64,000 nucleotides of DNA from Paecilomyces variotii (taxonomy: Eukaryota). The translations under genes were made by a program, and so were the position numbers. Numbering within the stretch: position 1 is the first letter of the stretch; the number at the start of each line of letters is the position of its first letter. The notes under the pieces are model-generated. The model was not told the DNA's origin. It worked only from the letters and a program-made list of their open reading frames with translations, and did not search any database. Positions 21,295 to 34,895 of this stretch are shown in pieces. The DNA lies in NCBI GenBank assembly GCA_004022145.1, contig RCNU01000002.1. One strand, 5' to 3'.

Positions 21295-24200
21295 ATGCTT
21301 ACCGCTATACCCCATACGGATGATATGATGAGGGTCCCTCGAGGGTATCGTGAAGACACAGATGAAGAAGACAAGCCTAGGGGCGCTCCGGAGCCAAGCT
21401 ATCCGTTACAGGCGTCGAACAGCAACAGATCGTCCAGCCACGAGGATGACAGCTCGCAAACCAGTGTTACCAATGGCGAAAATGGCAGTAATAATAGCAA
21501 CCGCAAGCCCATTGGGCCCAGGCAACTTACACAAGAAGAGACTATTGAACTCACCCGTCGCGCGGTCGAGAACGGCTTGCTGGAAACAAAACGGTCGCTG
21601 GCTGGAAGTGAGCCGGTCAGTGATGTGGTGCGGCCAAAACTGACAATCGACTTGGGTCATTCCAACATCGTCCGGATTCCAGAGGCAGTGGTCGACATCA
21701 TTAAGGATGAAGTGGAGAGGTACGAGAGCCCAACGGAGCACCTTCCTGGATAGTGGATGCGTATATACTGCCATTCATATAGCGGAAGTTAACAAATCGC
21801 AGGCTTTCCCTCTCGAACAATCAAATATTTCATATCCCCTACCGCTTTGCCGAATGCTCCCATCTGCGCTACCTGAATATCAGAGCAAACAATTTCCGTG
21901 AATTTCCAAAAGGGGTATGTCGAGTAATTGTGTCTTATATTTGCTCGGCGGCACTGACATCGTGATAAGGTGTACAAATTGCCACTACTGGAGATTTTGG
22001 ATCTAAGTCGCAACAAGATCAGCAAAATTCCCGAAGAGATCCGGAAACTTAAATCACTGCGGGTATTTTCAATTATGCAAAATAGGCTGGATGACCTTCC
22101 GGTTGGACTGTCGGAGATGAACAAGCTGCAGATTCTGAAGGTCTCCGGGAACTCTCTGAAATATCCTCTACGTCGGGTACTTGAACTCAAGGAGGCGGAA
22201 GTAGCCACCTCATCCATGACGGATAATGAAAAGGAAGTAGCCGTCACTGCGGAGCTCAAGAGATATCTGAAAAGCAGGCAACCAATTCCAGCCCCAGATC
22301 CTGAAAGTGGTAGCGAGGCAAGGTAAGGATCCTTCAACTACCTTGTCGATGGCATCCTGGAAGCTGATACGTCCGCAAAGTGAAACTATGATCGATACAC
22401 CAAAGCCTGTCAAACGAGGAGCGAGCAGCCGGTTTCCAGTCATACCTAGCACTGGTGATGGTTCCGGGGATCCACGATCCCCGTCGCTGTCAAGACCTCC
22501 GCCAATCCCTCTGAGATCCCACTACCGAATCGCCTCTGGCCAGAGTACCATCTTTTCGAGCAGCGGCGTTCAGCGACCTGGCGCCAGCCCTCTTATTGGA
22601 GTGAACGAGCGTAACCGAAGTAACAGTGAAGGTATCATTCAGTCTTCTATTACCGCTCGCAATAGGCGGTTAGGCATGCTTAACAGAAAGAACCCAGATC
22701 TGGTTACTCTGGACGAGATGCGCCCGTATCGTAACAGTCATCTGCGCGGTCTCAGTTATGGCTCGATCTTGAGGACTCGCCCATCGAATTTGTCGAGTGG
22801 CGGCAGCAACTCCTCCAGTCCAAGCAGTCCGCGCGAAAGAAAGCGAATGAGAGAAGGCTTTGTCCGTCGAATGTCCAGTTTGCCGGAGCAGAAGAATGAG
22901 GAAGGGCCTACAGAGCCGATCATCGAGGGCGCTAAGGGGATCCTATATGCTCTCTTCCAGATGCAACCTCACATTTCTGCTTTGATAAATGTCATCAAAG
23001 GCGATGGGTCGCGCCGCAATAGTCTTGAGATCGTCTTCTACAATGCTTCCACCCACGTGGATCAGCTCAACGAAGCCCTGGAGAATGCTGAGAACATCGA
23101 TTCTGAAGATCCAGAGTTTATCAGGATGGCGCTTGACTCTGTCAAGCGTGAATGCGAAACTTGTACGATGGCCTATACTCATGTCAGCACTCAGTTGCGG
23201 AACAATATAAGCAGAATCGTTGCTCATGGCGATTCACGCTATGTGCGCTCCCTAATGCTCACGATCTATGGCAGTCTGGTTGAGTTCCGGAACGCCGCCA
23301 TCAACCTTGGTGTCCTTCAAACACAGAAGCAAATCCGCACTATGGGTGATAAACGGCCAACACAGGAGGCTGCACAGGAAGGACTCACGTCCGAGCATTT
23401 TATTGGCCCGACGGTCACTCCCACGCGGGATCGACCTCAGCCTGTTCGGCGGCTTCGAAGTGATACCACGATCCAGCATTCCCCCGCTCCCTCTGGAGGA
23501 TCGTTCCCGCCTACTCCGAGCTATCAGGGCCCCGCTACCTCTCCAGGCTTTCCTCCCAATTCTGCTATACTGAGCTACGGCGGGCGTAGTCGATCCGGAA
23601 GTAGATCGAACACTTTGGTAAATACTTCGGTTCCTTTGTCCTTGGCCACACCGCGTTCCGCAGAATCCTTCGGATCGCTTTCCACATCGACTGTCGGCCG
23701 GATCAACCCGGTAACGGGATTAGACGAAATGGAGGAAGAGAGGATATTCGAGAAAATTTTCTATCAACTGACATCCGCCTATACTGCAGCTCTTCAGGCG
23801 CTTCCTCTTGCTCGTCGTCAGTTCAGCCGATGTCTGGAAATTGCGGAGCAATCACGAGAGTCCGAAGATCTTCGGTTGATCTGGACTAACTTGATACGCC
23901 GCTGCCGGGCTTGCTTGGAAGTCTCTGAAGCCCTCGGCCTGCGCCTGTCGAATATGAAGGTGAAGGAACCCGGTGGTGGCATGCGCAATCAACGCGAGTT
24001 CTGGCAATTATGCAAGGCGTTCATGCAGTCATTCGTCGACCTCGTGACTGATATGCGGGACCTGAGAAGCATGCAACTCTTGCCACCTGATATCATCATC
24101 ACTCTACGCCCCGTTCAAAAGGCAAGCAGGGAAGCTGGAAGACTCATTGAGGCTTCCCCGTGGTCTTTCCTTGCCGATATGAATTCGACGAACCCCCCTG

Positions 24201-24472
24201 CAATATACGGTCCACCTCTTCAGACGCAGCAGGCGCAGCATCAGCAATCAGCATCTGCGTCACAAGTACATCTAAATTCTGGTCTGTCGCCTCAGTCCGT
24301 CCCTCTACCAGCCACGCCATTGAGTGCTGCCCTCGGTCCTGCTGCGCAGGCAACCGTGCCATCTACTCCAGCAGGCACATACAGTGACAGAGTTTTCGTA
24401 GGCGACGTGTTTCAGAGAGCGGATACCTTACTTTCGATGCCAATCCAAGCGCCCTTTTTCAGTCGGCGATGA
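21295..24472 (+). CDS. SOG2: RAM/MOR network leucine-rich-repeat protein Sog2
   Basis: N-terminal LRRs (LTIDLGHSNIVRIP, LEILDLSRNKISKIPEEI) and SOG2 domain (SLEIVFYNASTHVDQL, EEERIFEKIF, FWQLCKAFMQSF, LPATPLSAALGPAAQATVP). Three introns. Confidence 0.92.
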
Positions 24473-27400
24473 TCGTAGCCTAGTCTTACTGCTCTTCTGT
24501 TCATTTTCGTCCGGCATCGATGCCTTCATTACTTCTTGTCACGCATGTCGTGCCGGGGTATCATCAGCAGGGATGCCTACAACTCTCTGGTCAGAGTTAT
24601 GGTTTATTCTGACAGGCGATTGCGCCTGTCTTTTCACCGGGGAGCTCACTCCTAGGTATATACTTTGAAGGGTCTAAATTGACCATGTGGTGTTTCTCTT
24701 CTTTTCCTTCGACACTGCAAGGCGTTTTGTATGGAGGTGATGGCTCTACCCATCAATTGTTTCACTAACGGCTGTACTTTTCCATATCACCACTGTGTGA
24801 CTAGCAAGCATTGAACGACGGAGTATGGGTCTTACATGCGAGTTAAGTATTCAGTCGATCCTTATTTTCTGCTGGTGTTGTTAGGTACTGGGGAGAAACT
24901 TATATTTTGGGTTGCCATTTTGAGCAACTGGCTTTGCATGCATCCATTTTTGAACGAAGCTATGATTCTGCAATGATTGTTGTCCTAAGAGATTGTAATT
25001 CTAGCAGCAATTTTATATATAGTGACTAAGGAAAGAAACAGTGTTCAGAAGGAGACTCATTCGTGTCTATTTGTAGATATCAGGATTCGTTTCTTGTTCC
25101 TTCCTGTATCTAACTACAAAGTATCCGAGGAGCGACGGATTGCTTTGAAGAGCAATTATACATATACAGCATAGTCCGTATCTCTATTTTGACTAGGAAG
25201 CGCTAGTGAAGAGACACGTTTTCCGATAAGCATCTGGATCAACTTATCAAGCATCGTACCCGCCAAGGTAAATAAGATGATCTGCTCAGCCACAATATGC
25301 AGAAGACCAGTACACATCTCCACGCTATTTGACTGGGACAGGTCGATATTCCGTGTGAGGCTGTCAGCTACTACACCGCATCGGCTTTGCCTGCGAACGA
25401 GATGGGCTAGAGGCAGTCACCTGATAAGACGGTGGATCGGATCTCTAGAACATCCTGCGCAGTTACGAAGCCTTACTAGAACTCACTTCATCCTTGACTC
25501 TCTAGTTCAACACCAATCATCCATTATTTTTATCTTCCCGGTATCACGGGCCGCTAGTACGGTGATCTCAAGCCTCAAAGTTCCCCGATGCTGTCTGGGC
25601 ACTATTTCAGCCACATCTCCGCTCCGGGTCTCGGCTTCGATTCTTCATCCCACCGCTCTTTCGGGTGAGGAGGCTAAACAAGATCTTTCTGCACTCAGTA
25701 GTGTCGATGATGCTATGGTGCTTCTATCAAGACCAGTCTTCCTACCGCCAGTTTGAGCTTCCTGGTAGGATCCGACCACCGGCTGATGATGAGGCGGATT
25801 CACCGGATCGTGGGCTACATAAAAGGGAAAGTGAGGCGCCAACACAGCCGAGAATCTGAGAGCCCAGCCCCTTTATTCGTGAACCACCGGCACATTCGGT
25901 CTCAGAATTGCTTTTCTGCCGCCGTAGACGATGGCGACATGACGTTCTGGGAACCGTTGTGCTTGTCGATCTTCCTCGCCCCTGAAGCAGAGGCCAGCCA
26001 TCGCATTTCCTCAGGAGTCTGATGTCCTGGCAAGAGCTACGGAAGAAACGATGCGTATTGCGCTCAGCAGCAGAACTCCCGAAGAGAGACAATGTGAAGC
26101 CGCATCTGAGTCACTCTTCTGGGTTTTGACAGTGGATAAGAAGGATTGCGTGGAGATCATTTCCACGCTGAGCTCGCATAGTGGACAACACGCTGCATGC
26201 TCCGACAATCGATGAACTGTGAAGTGTAAGCCAGTTAACTTGGCCATGCCTCCTCCGCCACGGACATGTGCCCTCGTGAATTCTCGGTGGAGTTGATCCA
26301 CTCGCCCCGTCGCGGTTCAACCGTCGGGCTGGAAGAGTAGTGCCGTCGTACTATGACACGTTATTGGAACATGCATTTGGCATTTGCGTTCATAGTTGGT
26401 TCGTCTGCCCCGGCGTGGCTGTCAACAAGGATGGTCGCTGCAGCAAACCGTCAGCGTGATCGTCAAAGAAAAAAAAAATTTCTCAGCATATACTGAATCA
26501 TGAGCTCTCGTGGATATATTTCGAACGGTCTGAGGACCGGGGGATATATAGATTTCCGACCTCGAGACAACACTGGGGTAGGCGATGATGCTGTTGCTTG
26601 ATCTTTCCCCGTACCGGGCAGGGTCAGGCGTGGCTGACAGCTATTTTGAAGCTTGATAGCTCCAGCAAGCCCCGACGATCGCGACGGCGGGGCGGAAGGT
26701 TGCGTCCACACACGCATCAGCTTTCATACTTGACCGACTAAGTCCGCTTTCGACCTCTCAGAAGGCCGAGCGTGTGCTTTACAACACTATCATCGGGTAG
26801 CAGCGTTCGTCCATGGTCATGAAGGAGGGAACTGTCGCTTCCTTTGCAAAGAATGCTGGTGACAGTTGTCCAGGCCTGCCGTCTTATTCCCTCGCGCCTG
26901 TGGTGGAATTTTTGGCGGCATCGTTCGTTCGCGGTAATAGATCTCCTTGCGCGGAAGTGTAAGTTAAGTATGGATTCCGTATCCGGCGACAAGACACAGG
27001 CTCGACAACGTCACTCAACATGTGGCTCGTGCAGTAAGGGATCTCTCAATTAACCCTGGAAGCTCTGCCTCGACGCTGCTGGTCAGCCGGTACGGACGTC
27101 AGAGCAATTCATGCTGAAAAAGCACTGAGCGCTCCCCTTGTAAAACCGCAAGCAACCAATCTGATCGGCAGCCTCACTTTTTTGGGCCACCTCAGAGACG
27201 ACCAGGGAAAGAATATTAGCATTCGGAATTAAAGTGGCGCATCCGCTAGCCAAATTGTTTTCCATCTACTCCGTAGATGTGAAAGTCTTCTGGGATCTCA
27301 TACAGTCTTCCCGTCTCTGATCGCTCTCACCCATCACCCCCTTCTCGGCCGCGAGATTGAACATCCCTGCACCCTTTTGCTTCGCAATAATAACGATCCT

Positions 27401-27886
27401 TGATATCGCTTTGGTCTTACCGCCGCCCCGGTTCCGCCGATCTGTCGACTTAGTTCCACTCCTTCCGCTGCATATCTGCGCATTCTGCTCTCGTCGCGTA
27501 ATCGCCCTGCCTTCTCCTGGTTCCTGAATAACCCAACGTCCACGCCTCGTTTCCCACGGTGCGCCTTACTCGCCGCTCTTGCGGAGGCGGTTGGGGCTCT
27601 GAATAGTGTACTTGCGTCTCATTATTGCTCATTGTTCGTTTGTCTTTTGTCGTCTGCTCTACCTCCGCCATTTACAACAGGCAAACCTCAAAGGTGTCTA
27701 CAGCATCGCCCACTACAACTTCTGCGCTGTCTGCGAAACTGATCATGTTGTCTGCTTTCTAGCCAAAGCAATTCGGGTACCATTCCCTTGGTCTTCTTGC
27801 TTGCGCATACTCTCCATTTGCGAAAGTCCTGTGACACGGCTCGGTTCTTATATCCGCAATAACTTCGCGATTCAGGTGGATGGAAG

Positions 27887-29814
27887 ATGGATCTCCAGAA
27901 GACGAAAGAGGCTAGGAGGAATATGCGTAGCAAGCAGGATGAGAGCTCTGAATATTGTCTGGAGGCCTACGGCAAGAGTAACAATTCTAAGAATCTCCCA
28001 AAAAATGATTCTCTCGACCATCCGCACGATTCGCAGAACAATGAATCTTCGGCAGACGACAGTGAAAGGTCACACATGACAAACCAGTCGCTCAGCAATG
28101 TGCCGCAATCTACTTCGTCATGCCCGGCAGATGCGCAAGAGGGTCTCCAAAGACGGTCATCAAAAATGCTCGCCATTCCCAGCATTCTGCGGTTAGATGC
28201 GAAAAGGCTGAGGTTGCTACGCTCAGCAAAACGCCTGCCTCCAGTGACCAAGGAGACCCTCAGCGAGCTCGATTTGCATCGCATCATGGCCAATATCAAT
28301 CTCCGCATGGATGCGAACTTCGACCGTGATCTCCATTTCAAGCCAGACTTGGATGGTGAGAAAGGCAGGAGGAAAAGGAGAGAAGCCGCAGAGTACTGGG
28401 AATCTATGGCGACAGAGATATTGGTGTACTCTTTTTGTGCATCTAATGGGCTTGAGCTGCGTCAAGAGACTGGATCAGACAACGTCGATGAGCCGACTTT
28501 TGAGCCTAGACTACCAGCTATGTTCGAAACTTTGCAGGATGTCCTGAAGACCCTCGTCCCGGAGCGCGACCACCCGAGTGTTATGCAAAACTTGGATGTA
28601 TCTTTGATGATGCAACAGATTCGGAAGGGTGTTCTGGACCTAGTAGGTTTAGCAACATGGTTAGCGGGACTCTTGAAAACTCATTGCGCGCCTATGAGAG
28701 ACGAATGGGCGGATCAGATGGTGGAGCAGATCAGTTCAGGATCAGAGGCCCAGGACATGCGCAGGGTCGTCGACGGACTCCGCACACTTTTCGGAATCCT
28801 CGAAGCCATGAAACTGGTTAGTATGCTCTTATTATATATATCGATCTCACCGCTGACCTGATCTAGGACGTCGCAAATCACCAAATTCGTGCGTTTAGGA
28901 TCCTCCTAATTGAAGACACGGTTCCGTTCCTACAAGAGTACTTCATGAAAAGAATGGCAACTCTCGATTTCCCTGTTGAGTCATCGAGGATATGGTATTT
29001 GAATCTTCGAAGACGTGAGCTACTGAGTCTTGAAGATCGTTCCAAGATAGACAGCTTCTGGCCTATTGGGGTTCTCTTTCGCGGACTATCGGACATGCTT
29101 CTACAATTCGACAGTCCCCGAGCGTTTCCTAAAACATTCCAGTTCGATTCCGGGAGACTGTGGCAATTGCGCGCCGATTTGCAGAACCTGATCAACCTTG
29201 ACATCTGCTGGTACATCTTCGATGTCTACGTCCAGAGCCAGCAGGGATATATGCCGTCGCAAGCTGAAACGTACGCCACATTCCGATCCCGGATATGGCC
29301 TCTATTGGAGGGAAACGACGATGGGTATCGCGAAGCATCACGCTGGCAAGGAAATATATCTAGTGTCGCTCTCGAGATTGCAAGGATGGCATCTGTTGTC
29401 TGCCACCGTGATGATATGGTCTGCGACGATGTTATTGCCCCAATAGAACGGGCCTTGGAATGGCACCTGTCGCATGAGTCAAGTGTCTTCCAGCTCTTCC
29501 AGACAGCTGCTCGGGAAAAGCTCTTGGAGAGAATTTTCTCATTCGCGAAGAAGTATTTGCATATGTCACCACTGGCGATATGTGAGTCTCAGCGGCCATT
29601 GCAATCCCAATATGGAGGGTCAGTCTCTCAACGCCACATGGACATGGATTTCATTGCGATGCGGCTTGCTCATATGGTCGTCCTCCACTGGAGGGTATGG
29701 GCTCCTATACTATATACGCGCGATGAAAGCTCCGAATCGCGAACAACAGAGGATAATCCTGACCTCGCACATTTATTCAAAAATGGGTCTACGAGCGCAT
29801 GTCCTCGGTCATGA
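27887..29814 (+). CDS. SOK1: T-complex protein 11 (Tcp11) family protein Sok1
   Basis: LPPVTKETLSELDL, LRMDANFDRDLHFKPDLDGEKG, LKTHCAPMRDEW, LEAMKL|DVANHQIR. Intron ~28817-28867. Exact start uncertain; an acceptor at ~27875 suggests an upstream intron. Confidence 0.9.
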
Positions 29815-30662
29815 GGGACTAGAGGTCAAGACGTCGACTTGCGATACGGATGCTCAGTCTCCTCCCGTCAAGACACATCTGACGCCCGGAGATTCATTTT
29901 CTTTTGTTCAAAAAAACAATTCCCTCTTGTTTATTGTTTATCTTTTGTCTCTCTTCGTCTTGCCCTGTCATGCGATTTAGCGTCTTTGCATAGCCTGGAA
30001 GTTATTCGGTCGGTTTGGTCACGGGGCATCCAAGCATCTCAGCGTTCTCATACGGTTGTTGGACAGTTTTTATGTTGAGCACTTTCCTGTTTTCCCCAGA
30101 ATATCGCAGGGCGTGTGCCTCCTGTTCTAATCAGTCTCTTTTTTTTTTTCATTGTACATAAGTCTGTATCATGATTTATTACGCTAAGATATCATAATTG
30201 ATCTATCTGATTCTGCAGTCTACACTCGCATATCACGTGATTGGACTCTCAAGGCGACGCAACTCTATCCGGCGGAGCTGTTTTCTAATAATATGTATAG
30301 ACTCATGGCTTATAATAGCTAGAAACTCGTCATTAAGAATGGTTTCAGATGCGCTTCCTATGATCTAATGACATTTCTCCTGCAGATTGAGTCTCATGCG
30401 GTCATCGTTTATCCGAGAAAATCCTGCCATGATCCGCACCTCGATCACTTTTATTTATCTCAGAGCATATTTACACCGTCAACAAATACAGCAATAGCAG
30501 GCCGCCCACCCGTCTATGTCTCCTTAATTCTGTGAGCACTATACATTCTAAAAGCAATGGCCAAATGTTATCTTTAAACCTGTCTTCTTCCTCGTCTGCG
30601 AGTTCCGTGCTGTCATTTAAGGACCTCTCACTTCTATTTTATTCCGGAGCAGATCAGACACC

Positions 30663-32021
30663 ATGCGAGCGTTCACTGAAACTTTAACATCGACTTATCA
30701 ATGGCTTGGCCATCTAAAGTCCTCGCAACTCAAAAGCATCGCCCAAGCAACGGGTATACCAACAGCCGGACCCAAGCTGGCCTTGGCCTTACGATTGCAG
30801 AGAGAACTCCCGCAATGCGAGTATCTGCCAACTGAGCTGACTATGTCGGCGGGCCAGGGTTCATCAATACCCCAATCCGCAGGCCAGAATAGTGTACAGA
30901 AAGAAAAGATGACCAGCGGCCAGGGAGAGAGTCTAAGTATTCTCAGTATCGATATGGGGATTCAGAATCTTGCCTTTGCGCATTTGCTAGTTCCGGGTCC
31001 TGCGATGAGAAAGGATTCTATTTCCAGTTCTGGTTCTCCTCCTTCAGGGGATCCTGTTCCCACGCTCACTGCATGGCATCGTCTTGCCGTTTCGGCATTT
31101 CCAAGGTCGTCTACTCTTGGGTTATCTTCGCTTTCGTTATCTACGTTTCCACTATCGGGGTCTAGGTCCAGGAGGCAGAAACTACCGACAGAAGACAGAA
31201 CTAGCCTGCTCTCCAGCGACGAGGAAGGAAATACGGCTACGAGATCTACAGAGGACGATGACAAAATGTTATTCACCCCAGATCTCTACGCCGAACATGC
31301 TTATACGTTAATAACGTCGCTCCTCGCGACCTACAACCCAACTCACATCCTCATTGAGCGCCAGCGCTTCCGTTCCGGCGGAGCCAGCGCTGTGCAGGAG
31401 TGGACGCTCCGCGTAGGTGTCTTTGAAGGGATGCTCTATGCTGTTTTGCACACGCTGGCGCGAGAGCGGGCACATTCGGTATCCGTACAGAGTGTCGAGC
31501 CATCGCGTGTAGCGAGGTATTGGTATGGTGATTCGGAGACTGATGCTCTTCAAGAAGAGGAGGATTCAGAGACAACGCAGACGAAGGACGAGACGAGGAA
31601 GAAGAAGAAGAAGAAAAGGATGACTTCGAAGGAAGGGAAGAAAGCGAAGATCGACCTCGTGGGCAAATGGCTTTCTGCATGGGAGACAGGGAAGGAAAGC
31701 ATCAGCGAAGGTGTTCCGAGCACGTCTCTCATGAAGGGACAAAAGATAGATGTCGCACCCGATGACAATGTCAGACGAGTTGTCAATGCATATCTCCGCG
31801 GGTGGCAAGGAAAGAAGACGACAAGATCTCGCTCTGCAGTCGGTTCGGACGAGGGATTGGAGAAGGCCGATATTGGCAAGCTGGACGATCTTGCTGATTG
31901 TCTTCTTCAGGGAGTGACATGGCTAGATTGGCATGTCGCAAGGGGACAGATTTTGCGTGATGGAGTGGACGCTCCTGTTGTTAAGGATATACTCAATCCT
32001 GAAGCGATAAGAAGGGCGTAA
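30663..32021 (+). CDS. ydc2: Mitochondrial Holliday-junction resolvase (Ydc2/Cce1, RuvC-like) with N-terminal SAP motif
   Basis: SAP-like LKSSQLKSIAQATGIPTAGPK; catalytic motifs SIDMGIQNLA, LIERQRFRS, KLDDLADCLLQG. Intronless. Confidence 0.9.
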   Translation: MRAFTETLTSTYQWLGHLKSSQLKSIAQATGIPTAGPKLALALRLQRELPQCEYLPTELTMSAGQGSSIPQSAGQNSVQKEKMTSGQGESLSILSIDMGIQNLAFAHLLVPGPAMRKDSISSSGSPPSGDPVPTLTAWHRLAVSAFPRSSTLGLSSLSLSTFPLSGSRSRRQKLPTEDRTSLLSSDEEGNTATRSTEDDDKMLFTPDLYAEHAYTLITSLLATYNPTHILIERQRFRSGGASAVQEWTLRVGVFEGMLYAVLHTLARERAHSVSVQSVEPSRVARYWYGDSETDALQEEEDSETTQTKDETRKKKKKKRMTSKEGKKAKIDLVGKWLSAWETGKESISEGVPSTSLMKGQKIDVAPDDNVRRVVNAYLRGWQGKKTTRSRSAVGSDEGLEKADIGKLDDLADCLLQGVTWLDWHVARGQILRDGVDAPVVKDILNPEAIRRA

Positions 32022-33940
32022 TGGTTGGATGGGATACTGTTATTTGTAAAATACACAGTTCTATATGTACTATATGAAAAGACATAAAAAACATTTTCCT
32101 TCCCTTCCAAATCTCACTTAAAATCTATATCCTCACAAATTTACTTATTGACTAACTAAATAGAGAACCAACCTGGATCCCATGTTATAATACCCCAACT
32201 AATATATGCCCATGTCTATCTTTACTCCATACTACATCTATCATGGTCCCTGCCATCATGATCATCATCCAGCACTTCATTTCCTTATCCAAACCACAAC
32301 CACCACACTACTCCAATTACCACTATATAAAATCTACCTCAACCGCACCGATCCAGCCCCAAGATTCACATATGTACCATAAATAGAATAAATAACCATA
32401 CCTAGGACCCCGTACCAAAGCATAAGGAGATAACTAAATGACAACAGGGTCCTGAGATTAAGATGTGTTCAATCATCATTACTTACCCACCCGAGCATGA
32501 ATGATATTCTGAATTATGGATCTACACCCCCCACCCCGCACCGACCAAGGCGCAGCTCACGTTTCAGAAAAAAGCCATCTCTCTTTATATATAAAACAAA
32601 CAAAGAGAAAAGCAAAAGCAAAACTGCCAAGAGTCAAGAACGAAACAAGGGAAAGAAAAACAGAAGTGGAGAAGGTGGGAAGGAAAGAAAAATGTAATGA
32701 AAAATGGATTTCCCTTCATTGTTATTATTATCTGGAAAGCCAGAAAAAGGTGATACAGGAACACGAAACATACGCGGGAAGGTTGACTTCATTCAAAGCG
32801 GGTGGAGACAAGAAGAAGAAAATAAAAGGGGACGGATAGATACTACATACTGTTCCCGCGTTCCTGATCCGGACTTTTGGGTAACTCAGTCGGGTTGGGT
32901 TTGGGTCTGGAGATTAGTTTACACTCACTATACCATATTATTATTATTACTTTCTGCTTGAGTCGCACGAGGCCTCTAGATGTTACGCCTCGTGTGGGTG
33001 CATCTTAAGATTAATGACTAGTTATGGAATGGTTGGGACACTTTGGCTGAAGAGAACCGGGATATAGCGCACTCGAGCTATCATCCCCGACCAGAGGTCA
33101 AAAATCGATAGCCAGACTCGAGAGGGAGACTCTTCTCGTTCCCCACATTGTTTATCGCTCGCGGGCCGCATTCTACACGTCCAGTCTGTTTTGGGAAGAT
33201 TCTGGAATCGAGACTGCGATGGGATCTTCGCTACTACATCGGGGAATGATCTGCGTATACAATTCGGTCGCGTACCAAGATTCTTCGCGCTCGCTGTGGA
33301 TGCAAAACAGAAGGCTCAAAGGCGTAGTCGCATGCCTTGCCAGATAGAACTGAGATTCTGGCCACTCGGAGACATGCGAATGGAGTCAGAGATCGGGAAT
33401 GTATCATATGGGATGGATTTTCCGAAGAACGGTCAAGAAGCACAGAATTGAATACAATGTATTTACACACTTCACTGAAGATAAATAGAAAAGGGGGAGT
33501 TGGCCACCCTTGACCCTTCTATTTTTGGTTCCGGTACGCCTCTGCCAAGGGAGACTTGTCTGCATCCAAAAATCACGAAACGTACAAACGATGAAACAGG
33601 GATCTTGATGGCCATCTTATTTTATTCGTCCCGTACGTGACACAGTATAAAAAAAGGTTGGATAGAATGAAATCTCGTTGGAAGAGAGGAATCCGAAAGG
33701 GATCCTGATCTGGTTAAAGAAAAAGGGGGCGGGAGCGCCGACTGAACCACGTTGGAGAACATGCTGTTCATCGCAGCCGGAGTAGCCCGCAGAGAATTGA
33801 AAAAAGTACGAAAAGTTTGTGCCATCAAATGGTCCGCAATAAGTACAAATCCAGCGCGCGACTGACGCGAGTGAAATTGATCTCTCAATCATGGATGGTC
33901 GATACCGGCGACTTGATCGAAAACAGGCATTTTTCTCCGC

Positions 33941-34895
33941 TTACATGCGGCGGGCGAAGTTGGACGGGAGAGGCAGCTTGCTCGTCAAGAAGCCAGAGGG
34001 AGTCGACGCCTTCCTGAAGGTGGGGAAAGTACCGTTGCCGTAAGGAGGACCCGCCGGCACAGCTGGAACAGCTGGGGCAGAGACAGCAGGCGAGCTGGGG
34101 ACAGCAGTGGGCTCAGCAACCTGCTTCTGGACCGCGGAGGTGATGTCAGCCTCGTTGACGGCATTGGCGATGCTGTTGGAGGAAGCAGCATCGGTAGCAG
34201 TAGCACCAGCAGTCTATAGAACATGTTAGTGCTTAGTCGAGGATAGAATCTATTCGCGTATACGGCACTTACCACTGTGACGGTCTCCTTCTCAGTGACA
34301 GTGACAGTGACGCCATTGCAGGATCCGGCGGCGTTAGATCCACCGACGAGGGCGGAGCTAGCAACAGGATAGACGGTAACAATGGAGGTGGTAGTAGAGG
34401 TGGTGGAGATAGTGGTGGTGGGCTCGTCATCAGCGACTGCCTCCTGGGTGACACTGGCCTCAGGGGTCTATAGATGAAATTAGGCTCTGCTCTTGATAGC
34501 ATCACTCCCAAAATATAAAAAAAGCATACCTGAGTAACAACGACGGTGTTGGTAGCGGTGCGCTGGACAGTAGTTGTCACGACAGTGGTAGAGGCACCAC
34601 CCAGAGTGTAGGTGAGGGTGAGGTCCTCCACCGAAGTTTGAGTAGAGACAGCAGCCTCGGGATCGATCTCACGAGCAGCACCAGTGCTCAGAGGGATGGA
34701 GGGAGTGACCTGGGGAGTCTTCTCAGCGGGCGTCGGGATCACGAAGACCGACGAGACACCGTCGTCGGCGGTGCTGTTGAATCCTCTGGCATGGTGGAGG
34801 AACTTCCCCGAGCGAGCGTGGAAGGGGTACGAAGCCTCTCCCAGAGCCGCAAGAGATGCCACGAGGGCGACGGAAGCAGAACTTGTGAAGCGCAT
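33941..34895 (-). CDS. Secreted Ser/Thr/Pro-rich (mucin-like) protein
   Basis: Signal peptide MRFTSSASVALVASLAALGEA; TLTYTLG..TTVVTTTV; C-terminal PPYGNGTFPT…NFARRM*. Two introns (~34529-34468 and ~34272-34215). Confidence 0.8.

Noticed and set aside
24500-27800. ORFs in the long SOG2-SOK1 interval (e.g. 25277-25756)
   Set aside because: No motifs or consistent splice structure; best explained as UTR and promoter of regulatory genes.
32040-32960. Lys/Glu-rich short ORFs in an A-rich region (similar at 52540-52840)
   Set aside because: Low-complexity purine-rich DNA between convergent genes; the ORFs are compositional artefacts.
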